A DNA stretch of 64,000 nucleotides from contig OZ024747.1 in NCBI GenBank assembly GCA_964016885.1, forward strand, positions 92,504,001 to 92,568,000, written 5' to 3'. The notes beneath the pieces were generated by a model that made no database searches, had not been told where the DNA came from, and worked only from the letters and a program-made list of their open reading frames with translations. The stretch comes from Eledone cirrhosa. Taxonomy: Eukaryota. The stretch's first letter is position 1. Each line of letters opens with the position of its first letter. Below, in pieces: positions 39,646 through 52,599 of this stretch. Position numbers and translations under genes: made by a program.

Positions 39646-40336
39646 CCAAATATCAGCTTAACAATGAAAAACTTAGTTATTTTATTAACTTCTTCCAAAT
39701 CCTTGATTATTTTCAACATTAGCTGGGCAGAGGTTGTGAGAGCTAACCTCAAACCACCTAGACTGATTGAGGCGATAACAAAGGAGAGTTGCCGTGTTGA
39801 GAAGGACCCATCCAACCCATGCAAGTGTGGAAAGGTGGACGTAAAAACGATGATGATAATTCTAGAAATGTATTTTATTAGAAGTATAGTTACTAAAGGG
39901 TTAAATACATACACTGCTTTAATATTCAATAGGATTATCTTAATTGTACATTCTCCAGATAATTGTGTTTCATTGAAAATTAATGAATAAACCATATTGT
40001 TCACATTATATATATGTACATATGTGTGTGTGTGTATATATATATATCATCATCACCATCATCACCATTTAATATCCATTTTTCCACACTAACATAAGTT
40101 AGATGAGTTGTCCTGCTGTGGGCAATGTCAGATCAGGTGACCATGTCTTGCTCAAACAGAACTGATTTTGGCTTATATATATATATAATAAATGGTTTTT
40201 CTGCTAGTATATATAATAAATGTAATCTGAGTTTTTCGAATATTAATAATAATATTCGATTCATTTGCAATTATGCAAACAAGCCTCATTTTTAAAGCCA
40301 TGTCAATAGAATGAGCCCCTCATTCTTGTTCTTGTG

Positions 40337-40416
40337 TTGGCATGTAAACAGAACTGCAGTCACTAATGTTTCTGGGTATCACCCGTCATCAGTAGAGTTC
40401 ACTGTTCACCTGCCAA
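40337..40416 (-). ncRNA. Type I hammerhead-like motif, family H2 (element about 40218-40440)
   Basis: CTGATGA, stem II GGGT-GAT-ACCC, GAAAC, long stem I (TTGGCA/TGCCAA, GTGAACAG/CTGTTTAC, AACT/AGTT); cleavage triplet reads GAC in this copy. Confidence 0.6.
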
Positions 40417-41962
40417 CTGGCAGAACTAGTGAAAATATATATATATTTTTTTTAAAAATATATATCATCATCATCATTTAACATCTATCTTCCACGCTAG
40501 CATGTGTTAGACGAGGAATTGTCCCACTTGAGGCAAAATTGATTGGGTGACCATGTCTCTAGCATGTATCTAGCAGGTTTTCTACGGCTGGATACCCTTC
40601 CTAACACCAACCACATTTATATATATATATATATAAATACATGTGCACAAATAAATCAATATAAATATAAATGTGTGTGCATGTGTATGCCTCTTTGTGT
40701 ATGTGCATGTTCGTATGTATGTGTGTGTATGTGTAATAACTATATGTATTTACAATTGTTTATGATTTCACATCAAAACCTTTCCTTGTTCCCATATATA
40801 TCCCTAACAAAAACTATTTCAGAACACTATGTTTATTTATCATATTTCCGTGGACTAAAGAATGCAATTGAAGCTGATAAACCCTGCCCAAACTATTAAA
40901 GAATAAAATAACCTTGAATCGTTTTAATTCATTATTGTTCAAGAAAATATAGACAATTTAATCTGTCAGGCTCAGGTTGCAAACGTTTTGCTCAGTAAAA
41001 GACAAAATGATAAAACTTTATGATAAAAAATAGTGGTTTCTGATTTAGGCAGAAGGCCAATTTTTTTGGGGGAAAGGGATAGTTGATTAAATTGACCCCA
41101 GTGCATTACTGGTACTTTATTTTATCAACCCCATAAGAATGAATGGCAAAGCTAACCTCGGCGAGATTTGAACTCAGAATGTAAACAGATGTAATTATGC
41201 TGCAAAGTATGATGTCCGACGCTCTACTGATTCTGCCAATCCACCACCCTGATCACTATTAATAATTGTTTCTACTTTTGGCACAAAGGCCAGCAATTAT
41301 CCCAGTGCATTACTGGTACTCAATTTTATAGACCCCGTAAGGATGAAAGTCAAAGTTAACCTCGGCGGGATTTGAACTCAGACCATAAAGGGCCGTAACT
41401 CTGTGCTGCAAAGCATGGCATCCGACCCTCTACCGTTACTGCCAATCCAAGATATAATTTTGACTCAGTAATCAGCATTGAGTCCCTTTTTCAATGTTAT
41501 CTAGTGTACTTAGGTGAGACAGTTTAGTTTAGGGCAGTTGTGTATAGCTGTTATATTAATGTTATGTGTATACTGTGTTTGTGTGTATGTCTTATTTATC
41601 TCTGTGTATCTGTATGTGTGTGTATATACTATGTATTTATCTGTGTGTGAGAGTAGATACCTATACGTGTGTGTGAGTGTCTGTCAGTTTTACTATGTAT
41701 GTTATGTCAGGTCGCTCTTCAGCGCTACTGGTAACATGTAACCCAGTACAACCTGTGAATGGTCGGATCATCAGTGACTAAACCAGAAACTCCACTAAGC
41801 TTGCTTGTTGAGGAGGGTGATTTTGGACCCTCTGTGGGATGAAAAACAAAACCTGTCAAAAGGCGGAGGAACTCAGCAGAGTCAACGGCCATCCAATAAA
41901 GTTGTTTTTTTTTAGTGGAATGAGAGACTCCTAGTCTTCATTAAGACATCTCTCTACAATAA

Positions 41963-42153
41963 TAATTGTTTCTACTTTTGGCACAAGGCCAGCAATTACC
42001 CAGTACATTACTGGTACTTTATTTCATCGACCCCGTAAGGATGAAAGGCAAAGTTAACCTCGGCAGGATTTGAACTCAGAATGGAAAGGGCCGTAACTCT
42101 ATGCGTCAAAGCATGACGTCCGACCCTCTACCGATACTGCCAATCCACCGCCC
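41963..42153 (-). mobile_element. SINE family A with target-site duplication
   Basis: Full-length copy; CTCTACAATAATAAT occurs on both sides. Confidence 0.9.
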
Positions 42154-42189
42154 TCTACAATAATAATGACTTTAAAATGTATAAGTCAA

Positions 42190-42490
42190 GCAATGACATT
42201 TTAGAGTTACTTCATAAACTGTGTTTCTGGTCCATTATGTTTCAAACTGTGACATAAACTCAACTTAACTTGACCATCCATGCAACTTCAGTTGCAAATG
42301 AGAAAAGCTTCTCTACCTTAGACAGAATTCGATCATTCATAGAATGCACAATGGCTCAAGGACAGTTGTCTCCACTGTATTTCATTTCCATTGAGAAACA
42401 CATACTTAGATTTAGAACAACAAAAATAATTTTACAAGATATTAGAAGGGTTTGCCATAAAACCCAGGCACTTGAAATTTATGTTAAAAT
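42190..42490 (+). pseudogene. hAT transposase C-terminal dimerisation-domain remnant
   Basis: LTIHATSVANEKSFSTLDRIRSFIECTMAQGQLSPLYFISIEK matches the LTIPxTSxxxERSFSxLxRIK..RSTMxQxRLSxLxxxSIE pattern; in-frame stop upstream. Confidence 0.8.
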
Positions 42491-43595
42491 GGATTTTAAT
42501 TTCTTGTAAAAATTTATGCAGTTTTACTTTTTAATGTACTATAACACTGCCCATTCCATATAAATGCATGTATTCTTGATTTTACTAGGAGAAAGCCTTT
42601 CAAATGATTCTATGAGAGAAATGCATTAAAAATTAAGGAAATAGCAAATCTTGTGCTTCTTTACTCCCCAAAACACTAAATAGTTATAAATATAGCCTAC
42701 CATATTTTTGTTTGTAAAATGAATACAAATAAACTATAGGTTGTGTCAGATATCCCATATTTTCAAAATATCTAAATCAACTGATGAATATCAGTTACAC
42801 AAATGGTTTTTGGTTTCACTTAAATATACAACAGCTTGTTTTAAAAAATGGGTCACAAGCTCTATTGTGGTCACTTTATTTGGAAACAATCTATTGATAA
42901 ATGGAAATAATTAAATTGGACTTTGTATAATGGGCAGTTGTTGTATAATCATGGTGCACACAGGCACATGAAGATCTCTTGAAGTATTAGATTGGATTAG
43001 ATTTTAGATGCTTAAATTCTTCTATTAAATATGGGACTCTAAATTGTACATTTACTCAATGTTTTTAAAAATCATACTAAACCCAAATAACTTTGATGAG
43101 CTACCAATGATGATGATGATGATAGCATGGGTCAGACAGGTTATCCTGTTGTGGGCAATGCCAGGTCAGGTGACCGTGTCTTGCTCATACAGGACTGATT
43201 TTGGATCGGTTTCTTCAGCTGGATGCCCTTCCTAACACCAACCTCATTTACAGTGAGTACTGGGTGCTTTTTTACCGTGGCGCCTACACAACCACTTTAC
43301 AGTGTGGACTGGGGGCTTTTTATTGTGACACCTACATGACCACTTTTCAGTGGGAGGGGCTTGGGGGCATATATACAACCCTTATCGAGACCTCTCTGGA
43401 TTTTATCCCCTCCCACAATTTGCTTGGCATGCTTTTTGTGACTGGATGCCCCTCCTGTCACCAACCATATTACAGCATATACATATATATATATACATAT
43501 ATATATATATACATATATATATGCACAGTTCAAGAGTAACCAATCTTAAAGAGAGAGATGGAGATAGGTGTCTTCCTTGTGAAATTTGTGGTCTT

Positions 43596-43904
43596 CATTT
43601 CATTCATTCATTTTTACGTCCACTTTTCCCTGCTTGCAAGGGTGGGACGGGAACTGATTCTGGCTTGATTTCTACAGCTGGATGCCCTTCCTAACACCAA
43701 CCTCATTTACAGTGAGTGCTGGGTGCTTTTTTGCCGTGGCACCTCCACGACCACTTTGCAGTGGAATGATAGGGACCCCAGTCCCTATCATCTCATTTCT
43801 ACAGCTGAGTAAACTGGAGCAATGTGAAATAAAGTGTCTTGCTCAAGGAAACAACACATCACCAGGTCTGAGAATTGAACTCACAACCTTTCGTTTGCAA
43901 GGCC
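43596..43904 (-). mobile_element. CORE-like SINE family B, head truncated
   Basis: Reverse complement of 7105-7410. Confidence 0.9.
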
Positions 43905-43908
43905 ATAT

Positions 43909-43939
<31 letters not shown>

Positions 43940-44080
43940 AATATATATACATATATATAAATATATATACATATATATATATAAATATATATACATATAT
44001 ATATATAAATATATATACATATATATATATAAATATATATACATATATATATATAAATATATATACATATATATATATAA

Positions 44081-44131
<51 letters not shown>

Positions 44132-44740
44132 TATATAAAAGAGAGATAGATAGATATTTATATATATATACATATATACTCATATAACTAACTGTATATA
44201 TATATACACATGTACAGATATATATATATATGTAATTAAAAATAGATAGAAGTAGATGCATATTGTCAATCATATAAATCAACACACACGCGCACACACA
44301 TGCACACACGCCCAGGCATGCAAACACACACGCGCACACACATGCACACACACCCACACACAGGCATGCAAACGCGCACATGCATGCACCACTATATAAA
44401 TATTTTGATCTTATTGTTAGGCAGCTAGCTTCTCATATGCTTTGTATGATGTCTTTGTGCACATGAGTGAGTATGCCTGCATTTGTGTCTGTGTGTCCGT
44501 GCATCGTTTGTTTTCCAACACGTGCATGTGTTTTCATGCATGCTCTGATATAATTGAAGTGAGGGTGGCCAAAATAATTCTAGGGTAATCACCAAAACCA
44601 GAAATTAAGGCTAAATATATATATATATATATATATATGGAAATATTATGAAATTTGCAAGTAGCTCTTTGTAAAAACATATTAAACTGGAAAATATGTT
44701 GGAAAATAAAGAAATAAAGGATTTACATTGTGAATTCTTA

Positions 44741-45842
44741 GGGCGGTGGTTTGGCAGTATCGGTAGAGGGTCTGACACCATGCTTTGCAGAATAGAGTTA
44801 TGGCCCTCTACGTTTTGAGTTCAAATCCTGCCAAGGTTAACTTTACCTTTCATCCTTATGGGGGTCGATAAAATAAAGTACCAGTAATACACTGGGATAA
44901 TTGCTGGCCTTGTGCCAAAAGTAGAAACAATTATTATTGGAGCTATGTGATATATACCAACCTAACAGGACCAAGGTGTGACAAAACTTGGATTTGTAAA
45001 GACAGAACGCAGCCCCTTAATTCAAAAGTTACAAATGGACTCAGAACCATTAGGGCGGTGAATTGAAAGTATCGGTAGAGGGTCGGACGCCATGCTTTAA
45101 CGCATAGAGTTACGGCCCTTGCCATTCTGAGTTCAAATCCCGTCGAGGTTAACTTTGCCTTTCATCTTTACGGGGTCGATAAAATAAAGTACCAGTAATG
45201 CATTGGGGTAATTGTTGGCCTCGTGCCAAAAGTAGAAATATTATCATTATGTCGGTGGTTTGGCAGTAACGGTAGAGCGTCAGACGCCATGCTTTGCAGC
45301 ATAGAGTTATGGCCCTTTGCGTCCTGAGTTCAAATCCCGCCGAAGTTAACTTTCCCTTTCATCCTTAAGGGCTCGATAAAATAAAGCACCAGTAATGTAT
45401 TGAGATAATTGCTGGCTTTGTGCCAAAAGTAGAAAAAGTATTATCATATAGTATAATGTGGCAGAAAAATTAACCAAATATAAGTATCTGGATATAGCGA
45501 TAACTAGAAATGACCCTGTGGTTAGCTTGGCAAAGTGATTATTAGATCACAGGATTACAGTCCTTTACAGTCCAGGAATTAAGGCTAAATAAATATATAT
45601 ATGAATACGTTATGAAATTTGCAAGTAGCTCTTTGTTAATATTAAACTGGAAAATATGTTGGGAAATAAAGAAATAAAGGATATACATTGTGAATTCTTA
45701 GGGCGGTGGTTTGGCAGTATCGGTAGAGCGTCTGACACCGCCGAGGTTAACTTTACCTTTCATCCTTATGGGGTCGATGAAATAAAGTACCAGTAATACA
45801 CTGGGTAATTGCTGGCCTTGTGCCAAAAGTAGAAACAATTAT
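44741..45842 (+). mobile_element. Cluster of four same-orientation SINE family A copies (44741, 45052, 45252, 45701)
   Basis: Repeated GGCGGTGG.TTGGCAGTATCGGTAGAG heads; the last copy is internally deleted. Confidence 0.9.
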
Positions 45843-46380
45843 TAGATCACAGAATATTTGTTCCTTGTCTCTGTATTCTGAGTTCAAATCCCACCTATGT
45901 CCCCTTTGCCTTTAATCTTCTCTTGGTCAATAAAGAAAGTAGCAGTCCAATGCTGGTACAGCATTCTTGCCTTCCATTTATCATATCCATGATGTTCTAC
46001 TGGATCAAAGGCGGGTGGTTGAGAGGGCAAAACCAACCTTGGAAAGATTTGAAATTAGAATGTAAAAGGCTATAACTATATTCCTCAAAAGATGTTGTCT
46101 GACACTGTCCATTCTACCAATCCACTGCCATCAAAATAATGTAAATAAATAAGCATGAAATTTGACAGAGTGATGTAAATGCTATAGGACTAATACATAG
46201 ACACATGTGTGTTAGATGTACATCAGTTCTGATGAGAAGTGTTCCATTTGTTAGATTAATGAAATACAATGAAATAGCCTGCTCTTGAAACTAATATACA
46301 TGTGGCTCAGCATTTCACAGTCAATGTACCCTTAACCCTTTAGCATTTAAACCAGCTCTATCCAGCCAGAATTCTCTCAC

Positions 46381-46546
46381 CTAGGTGTATTATTGTCTTT
46401 GTCCATATCATGTACTGCTTCCCTGATGTTCATATTATTTAGAGTGTTCTTATTTATGACAGATAAGAGAGAATTTGAAAAGGAAATTTCTCTGTCTTCC
46501 ACATTTGTTCTTCTTTTCATGTTTTCTTCCATTGTAAAGATGTCAG
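46381..46546 (-). CDS. Candidate coding exon, unknown protein ((A)DIFTMEENMKRRTNVEDREISFSNSLLSVINKNTLNNMNIREAVHDMDKDNNTP(R))
   Basis: TTCCTTTTTCTGAATATTTGCAG acceptor, AG|GTGAGA donor, 166 nt open in AT-rich DNA; phase-compatible with 47376-47439. Confidence 0.5.
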
Positions 46547-46576
46547 CTGCAAATATTCAGAAAAAGGAAATCTATA

Positions 46577-46806
46577 TTAACCCTTTAGAATTTAAACTGG
46601 CCATTTACTGACCAAAATCTTCTTACCTTCTTCTGTTCAAACTGGCCATAACTGGCTGCTCATACTTATGTTAAGGTATTGTTCTCAAAAGATATAATAT
46701 CAAAATCTCATAGATTTGATATCATGTGAGATAATTATGTGAGATAAAGTGTTTACCATAAAAATACAATAGTATATATAGAGTAATGTAAATGCTAAAG
46801 GGTTAA
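46577..46806 (-). mobile_element. piggyBac-type MITE
   Basis: TTAA-CCCTTTAG...CTAAAGGG-TTAA. Confidence 0.85.
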
Positions 46807-47375
46807 CGCAATTCTCAGGGACATTTAACAAGATACAGTATGTGACAAGGTTTCTCCTTTGAATTACAGGCACAACAGACTGGAGCAAGGTGAAATAATA
46901 AAGTTTCTTGCTCAAGGACACAACAACATGTCATTGGAAATGAAACTTATATCGTTATAATTGTGACCCATGTACCCTAACCACAAAGCCACATGCCTTG
47001 AAACATAGACACACACACATACATATACATACATATACATATACACACATGCACAGAAGGAGATTGCAACATTTTTTTTCTCTCCTTTTTAGAATAGACA
47101 AAAATATATAATAACTAAAGGACTATTTTTCAATCATTCATATTAAAACTTTAACCAGTAGATTAGAGAAACAACTTAAAAAAACAACTACTACAACTGT
47201 TTTTAGAAATTCTTAGGGTCTAAATAGTTGTCCATCTTATTGCTTAAATAAATGATAAGGGAAGTGACAGCTGCTTCATATGCAATGCATTTTCCCCCGT
47301 TCCATGCCTGGCAGTTTCTATCTATCTGTCATATAGTGGCAGCATTACAAAATGTAATACTCATTTCATTTTTAC

Positions 47376-47439
47376 CTAGCAATCTGTCACCTATAACATC
47401 AAACTTGTTGATCTCTTCTTGGCCTCCTCTTACCATCAT
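47376..47439 (-). CDS. Candidate first coding exon part (MMVRGGQEEINKFDVIGDRLL)
   Basis: ATG with an upstream in-frame stop; donor AG|GTAAAA in phase 1; possible acceptor CTCCTTTTATAGTCTACAG near 47652. Confidence 0.3.
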
Positions 47440-47850
47440 AGAAGTAACAATTTTAACACCGATCTTACTGGACTTTGCTTTCTATCTCTTAGTCGGCATT
47501 TTCCTGAGCTTGTTAAACTCAAGGGATGGGATGTGCCTGTCAGATAGACTCTTTTATTCTTACATCTAATTCCTTCTCTATGTTGACATTAAAAAATCAA
47601 TATATGAATTTTGTTTCGTTCCCAACAACAATATCCAAAGTAGAAAATTCCCTGTAGACTATAAAAGGAGCAATACAAATGCATGCATGCACACACGCAC
47701 AAGCACACACACACACATATATATGTGTATATATATATATAGATACACGCACACACATATATATGTGTATATATATATAGTTAAATTAGACGGGAACAAA
47801 AACAGAGAGGCAGTACAAATAAGGATTTATTAGGTTTGTGTTTTGGAGAG

Positions 47851-47903
<53 letters not shown>

Positions 47904-47904
47904 T

Positions 47905-47936
<32 letters not shown>

Positions 47937-47950
47937 CACATATATATGTG

Positions 47951-47994
<44 letters not shown>

Positions 47995-48072
47995 CGTATA
48001 TATATATTTATATATATATATATATACACACATATATATGTGTATATATATATATACATACATATATATGTG

Positions 48073-48205
<133 letters not shown>

Positions 48206-48216
48206 GTATATATATA

Positions 48217-48286
<70 letters not shown>

Positions 48287-48494
48287 CACATATATATGTG
48301 TATATATATATACACACACATATATATGTGTGTATATATATACACATATTTATGTGTATATATAAATATATATATATATACATATAATATTCTATTACAT
48401 TAACAGTAAATTTTCAGAATACACATGTCCTACACATTAAGTGCTCTACCTACTACTTGGATATTTATTATGAAATTCAGGTTCAACTTCACTT

Positions 48495-48558
<64 letters not shown>

Positions 48559-48559
48559 C

Positions 48560-48590
<31 letters not shown>

Positions 48591-48714
48591 ATATGTGTGT
48601 ATGTGTTTATATATATAAACATATATATACTGTATATATATATATTCAAATCAGGCTGATCAGTCACTGTATATATATTAGAAAATAGCATATATTTTCA
48701 CTAGCTCAGACAGT

Positions 48715-48794
48715 TTGGCAGGTGAACTGTGAACTCTACTGATGAAGGGTAATACCCAGAAACATTAGTGTCCGCAGTTCTGTTTACAAGCCAA
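48715..48794 (+). ncRNA. Type I hammerhead-like motif, family H2 (element about 48690-48910)
   Basis: CTGATGA 48739-48745, stem II GGGT-AAT-ACCC, GAAA 48759-48762, stem III ACA-TTAG-TGT, GTC 48770-48772, extended stem I. Confidence 0.7.
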
Positions 48795-49004
48795 CACAGG
48801 AGCAAGAATGAGGGGCTCATTCTACTGACATGGCTTTAGAAATGAGGCTTGTTTGCACAATTGCAAACAAATCAAATATTATTATTAATATTCGAAAAAC
48901 TCAGATTATATATATATATATATATATACATATATATATTTTTTGATTTTTTGTTTCCAATTCCACCCCGCCCGTCCTTTCAATCTATCTTATTTCTCAT
49001 TCTT

Positions 49005-49040
49005 TCTTCTGATGAAGGACTAGCATCCAAAACGTTAAGA
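49005..49040 (+). ncRNA. Minimal hammerhead-like motif, family H4, core-mutated
   Basis: TCTT-CTGATGA-A-GGA-CTAGCA-TCC-AAAA-CG-TT-AAGA; GAAA reads AAAA (CpG-decay-type change); palindromic stem III ACGT. Confidence 0.55.
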
Positions 49041-49359
49041 CCCTCTTCCTGCTATTTCAAGCATTAACCTAATATATTCCTTCCATATACTGTACTGATA
49101 GTGTTGTTATTTCTGTTTACCTTTTACACACATATATATATATACATACATTGTTATACTTTGGTAGGGTTATACTGTCCACATAAATAGACACACCAGT
49201 TGTGTTTGATTTCAATTTATTATTATTGGTTAAGTAACTAATTTTTCCATCAGGTAATTTGTTTATTTATATTGGCAACATGACCCTCCCAAAGTATAAC
49301 AATATTGGTTTCAACACACATTTTCACATCAATGATCCTGCAAAACAAATACGAATATA

Positions 49360-49391
<32 letters not shown>

Positions 49392-49393
<2 letters not shown>

Positions 49394-49729
49394 ATCATCA
49401 TCATTTTACGTCCGCTTTTCCCTGCTTGCAAGGGTCGGATGGGAACTGATACTGGCTTGATTTCTACAGCTGGATGCCCTTCCTAATATCAACCTCATTT
49501 ACAGTGAGTGCTGGGTGTTTTTTTTTGCCGTGGCACCTCCACGACCACTTTGCAGTAGAATGATATGGACCCCAGTCCCTATCATCTCATTTCTACAGCT
49601 GAGTAAACTGGAGCAATGTGAAATAAAGTGTCTTGCTCAAGGAAACAACACATCACCCGGTCTGAGAATTGAACTCACAAACTTTCGATTACAAGGCCAA
49701 TGCTCTAACTACTAAGCCATGTGCCTCCA
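49392..49729 (-). mobile_element. CORE-like SINE family B
   Basis: Full-length reverse-complement copy between TA repeats. Confidence 0.9.
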
Positions 49730-50149
49730 TATATATATATATATATACACAAACACTGAGCTCAGCCGTCGGGGTCCTGACTCTTTTCCTATATATATAT
49801 ATATACATACATATATTTATATATATATATATGTATGTATGTTTATAAAGTAATGATAATAAATTTGAACACTAATAAATGTATGTATATATATGTATAT
49901 CAGATAGGATATGGTTAAAAAACCAGGTAGACCATAACCCACCAGAGTACTTGATACTTGGGGTAGTAGAGTGGGTAATATGAAAAAATTCAGGACCCCG
50001 ACAGCTGAGCTCCGGCCATTTCAATGGATCTAACAGTCGAAACAGCCGGAGCTCAGCCGGAGCTCAGCCGTCGGTGTCTTGAATCTTTTCATATATATAT
50101 ACACACACATACACACATATATATATATATATATATTTAATATAGAATG

Positions 50150-50198
50150 GCTTCTACAGGACGAGAACTGTTTCATTCGGGAGAAATCATCAGGAAGC
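50150..50198 (-). ncRNA. Hammerhead-like motif, family H3
   Basis: GCTTC-CTGATGA-TTTCTCCCGAAT-GAAAC-AGTTCTC-GTC-CTGTA-GAAGC. Confidence 0.5.
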
Positions 50199-50234
50199 AG
50201 CTGTCCACCTGGGTTAAGCTTATATATATATATA

Positions 50235-51637
50235 TCATCATCATCATCATCACTATCATCATCGTTTAACGTCCATCTTCCACGCTTGCATGGGTTTGGA
50301 CGGGAGTTTTCCCACTTGAGGCAAGATTGGTTGTCTTGCTCGCATAGGACCGTCTGGCGGGTTTTCTACAGCTGGATGCCCTTCCTAACACCAACCACAT
50401 TTACAGTGTGGACTGGGAGGTTTTTACCGTGTTACCTGCACGGCCACATTACAGCGTGGACTGTGTGTTTTTTGTCGTGACACCTACACGACCTCATTTG
50501 TTTCGGACTGGATGTTGTGGAACCAACATAACTTTACATTGAAAGGGGTGGTGTGGATGGGGTGGGGGTAGTGGGATGGGGGTGTATTTTTATTAGAGAT
50601 GCCTACTGACTATAGGTTTCACTTTGTACTTAGGTAAGGTGGGTCTGTATTACTGTGTAGCACCAAAGATCTCGGTCCAGTGACATTGTCTTGGAGAGGT
50701 GTATGTGTGTGAGGTCGGAATTTAACAAGTCGTCCCAGGTTTTTCTGGGTCTGCCTACTCCGTGGCTACCGTCTATTTTTATTGCCCTGCACTTTTTTAT
50801 ACAGCTGTCGTCTTTCATGCGCATCACGTGACCGTACCAACATAGTCTTCTCTCGAGTAAACAACATCTGATCCCTCTTATTCCCTAATTTTTCCCTTAG
50901 TTTGTTTATGCTTTGCCGTTCACGTATATTACTATTACACATCCAGCGGAGCATGTAAGCTTCGTTCCTCTCCAGTCTGCGTATATCCTCTGCACACAAT
51001 GCCCAAGTCTCACTGCCATGTAACATTGCTGTTCGTATGCAGGCATCATACAGCCTGCCTTTCATTTTTAGAGAGAACCTTTTAGCGGCTAATAGTGGTA
51101 TAAACTCTCTGAACTTTTTCCATCCAGTTCTGACTCTAGCTCCTGTACTTTCAGAGCACCCTCCACCACTGCTGATTTTGTCACCTAAGTAACGGAAGGT
51201 GTCCACTATTTCTATAAAACCATCTGTGCAATGGAATGAGCTAGTATTTTGTGGGCACTTGCTGCTACTTATTGCACCAGAGCACCGGCCACATATAAAA
51301 TCTATATTCTTAGTTAGCTTACCTGTGATCCCACTACATCTTTTATGCACCCATACTTTGCATTTGGGACATAAAATGGAGTTTCTGCCTACTCCTTTCC
51401 TACACACTGAGCATGGCCATTTCCCGGATGGGACCGGTGCCCTATTTTCCTTCCTACAAACTAGAACTTTAGTCTTAGACAGGTTAATTTTAAGGCCTTT
51501 TGATTCTAGGCCATGCTTTCATGTTTGGAATTTCTTCTCTAGTTCAGCCATTGATTCAGCTATGAGCGTTAGATCATCTGCGTATAGGAGTTCCCATGGG
51601 CAGCCGGTCTTGAACTCCTCTGTTATAGCCTGAAGGG
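50235..51637 (-). mobile_element. 5'-truncated RTE-clade LINE (subfamily 1): YADD, PHD-like finger, C-terminus, long 3' UTR
   Basis: PWELLYADDL, GLKINLSKTK, CSVCRKGVGRNSILCPKCKVWVHKRC..FICGRC, FRYLG, MLHGSETW, GRPRKTW; frameshift near 50880. Confidence 0.95.
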
Positions 51638-51715
51638 CAATATATATATATATATGTATATATATACATACATACATATATATTGTATTATATATGTCTA
51701 TATATATATATATAT

Positions 51716-51985
51716 GATGATGATGGCTGCCCCCTCGTTATCGAGTATGGCCATTGCACGAGAAAAAAAAAAAAACAATAATAACAATAATAATAATTGT
51801 TTCCACTTTAGGCACAAGGCCAGCTATTACCCCAGTGTATTACTGGTACTTTATTTTATCGACCCCGTAAGGATGAAAGGCAAAGTCAACCTCGGCGGGA
51901 TTTGAACTCAGATCGTAAAGGGACGTAACTATGCTGGAAAGCATGGCGTCCGACCCTCTACCGATACTGCCAATCCACTGCCCTC

Positions 51986-52017
<32 letters not shown>

Positions 52018-52208
52018 CAATAATAATAACGACAACAACAGCAATAATAATATACATATATATACACACACACACACACACATAAACATATCAATACACA
52101 TAGACACGATAACAATGAACAGCGCTGCGATCGAATGTGGCTTTTTAGCCCAGCCAATGATCTAAAATGTCGGGAATAGCCGGCTGTGGTTGGAGTTCAT
52201 GTACTTTT
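51716..52208 (-). mobile_element. 3' end of an RTE-type LINE with terminal C2H2-like finger, interrupted by SINE A (51795-51983)
   Basis: RHFRSLAGLKSHIRS; tail GGCCATACTCGATAACGAG..GGCAGCCATC(ATC)n. Confidence 0.65.
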
Positions 52209-52547
52209 GCATTATATATTGTATTATATATGTCTATATATATATATATATATACAACAATTGTTTAGCAGAGCATGAAAATATAGTCACTTAATGAAAT
52301 CCCTTTGTTTACTTAGTGTAAATGAACCTTAAAATATGTGCGGGTGTCCGTATATATGTGTTTCTCTATAGGTACTTAAGTGTGAATGCTTTTTATATGT
52401 GCCATTGCATTAATGTGTATATTTCTCTAAATATAGTTTTTTAATAGAATCCCTGTTCTTTAAAATCCCTTGGCCAATGATCTCCACCCATCTCAATCAC
52501 CACCCTCCCCTACCACCAGAAAACGTATAAATACCACAATGACAGTT

Positions 52548-52599
52548 GGCTTTCCTGATGATTTCCTTCGAATGAAACAGTTCTAGTCCTGTAAAAGCT
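52548..52599 (+). ncRNA. Hammerhead-like motif, family H3, in its longest copy (about 52260-52665)
   Basis: CTGATGA 52555-52561, TTC-CTTC-GAA stem II, GAAA 52574-52577, GTC 52586-52588; TATAAATA about 30 nt upstream and ATTAAA downstream. Confidence 0.5.
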
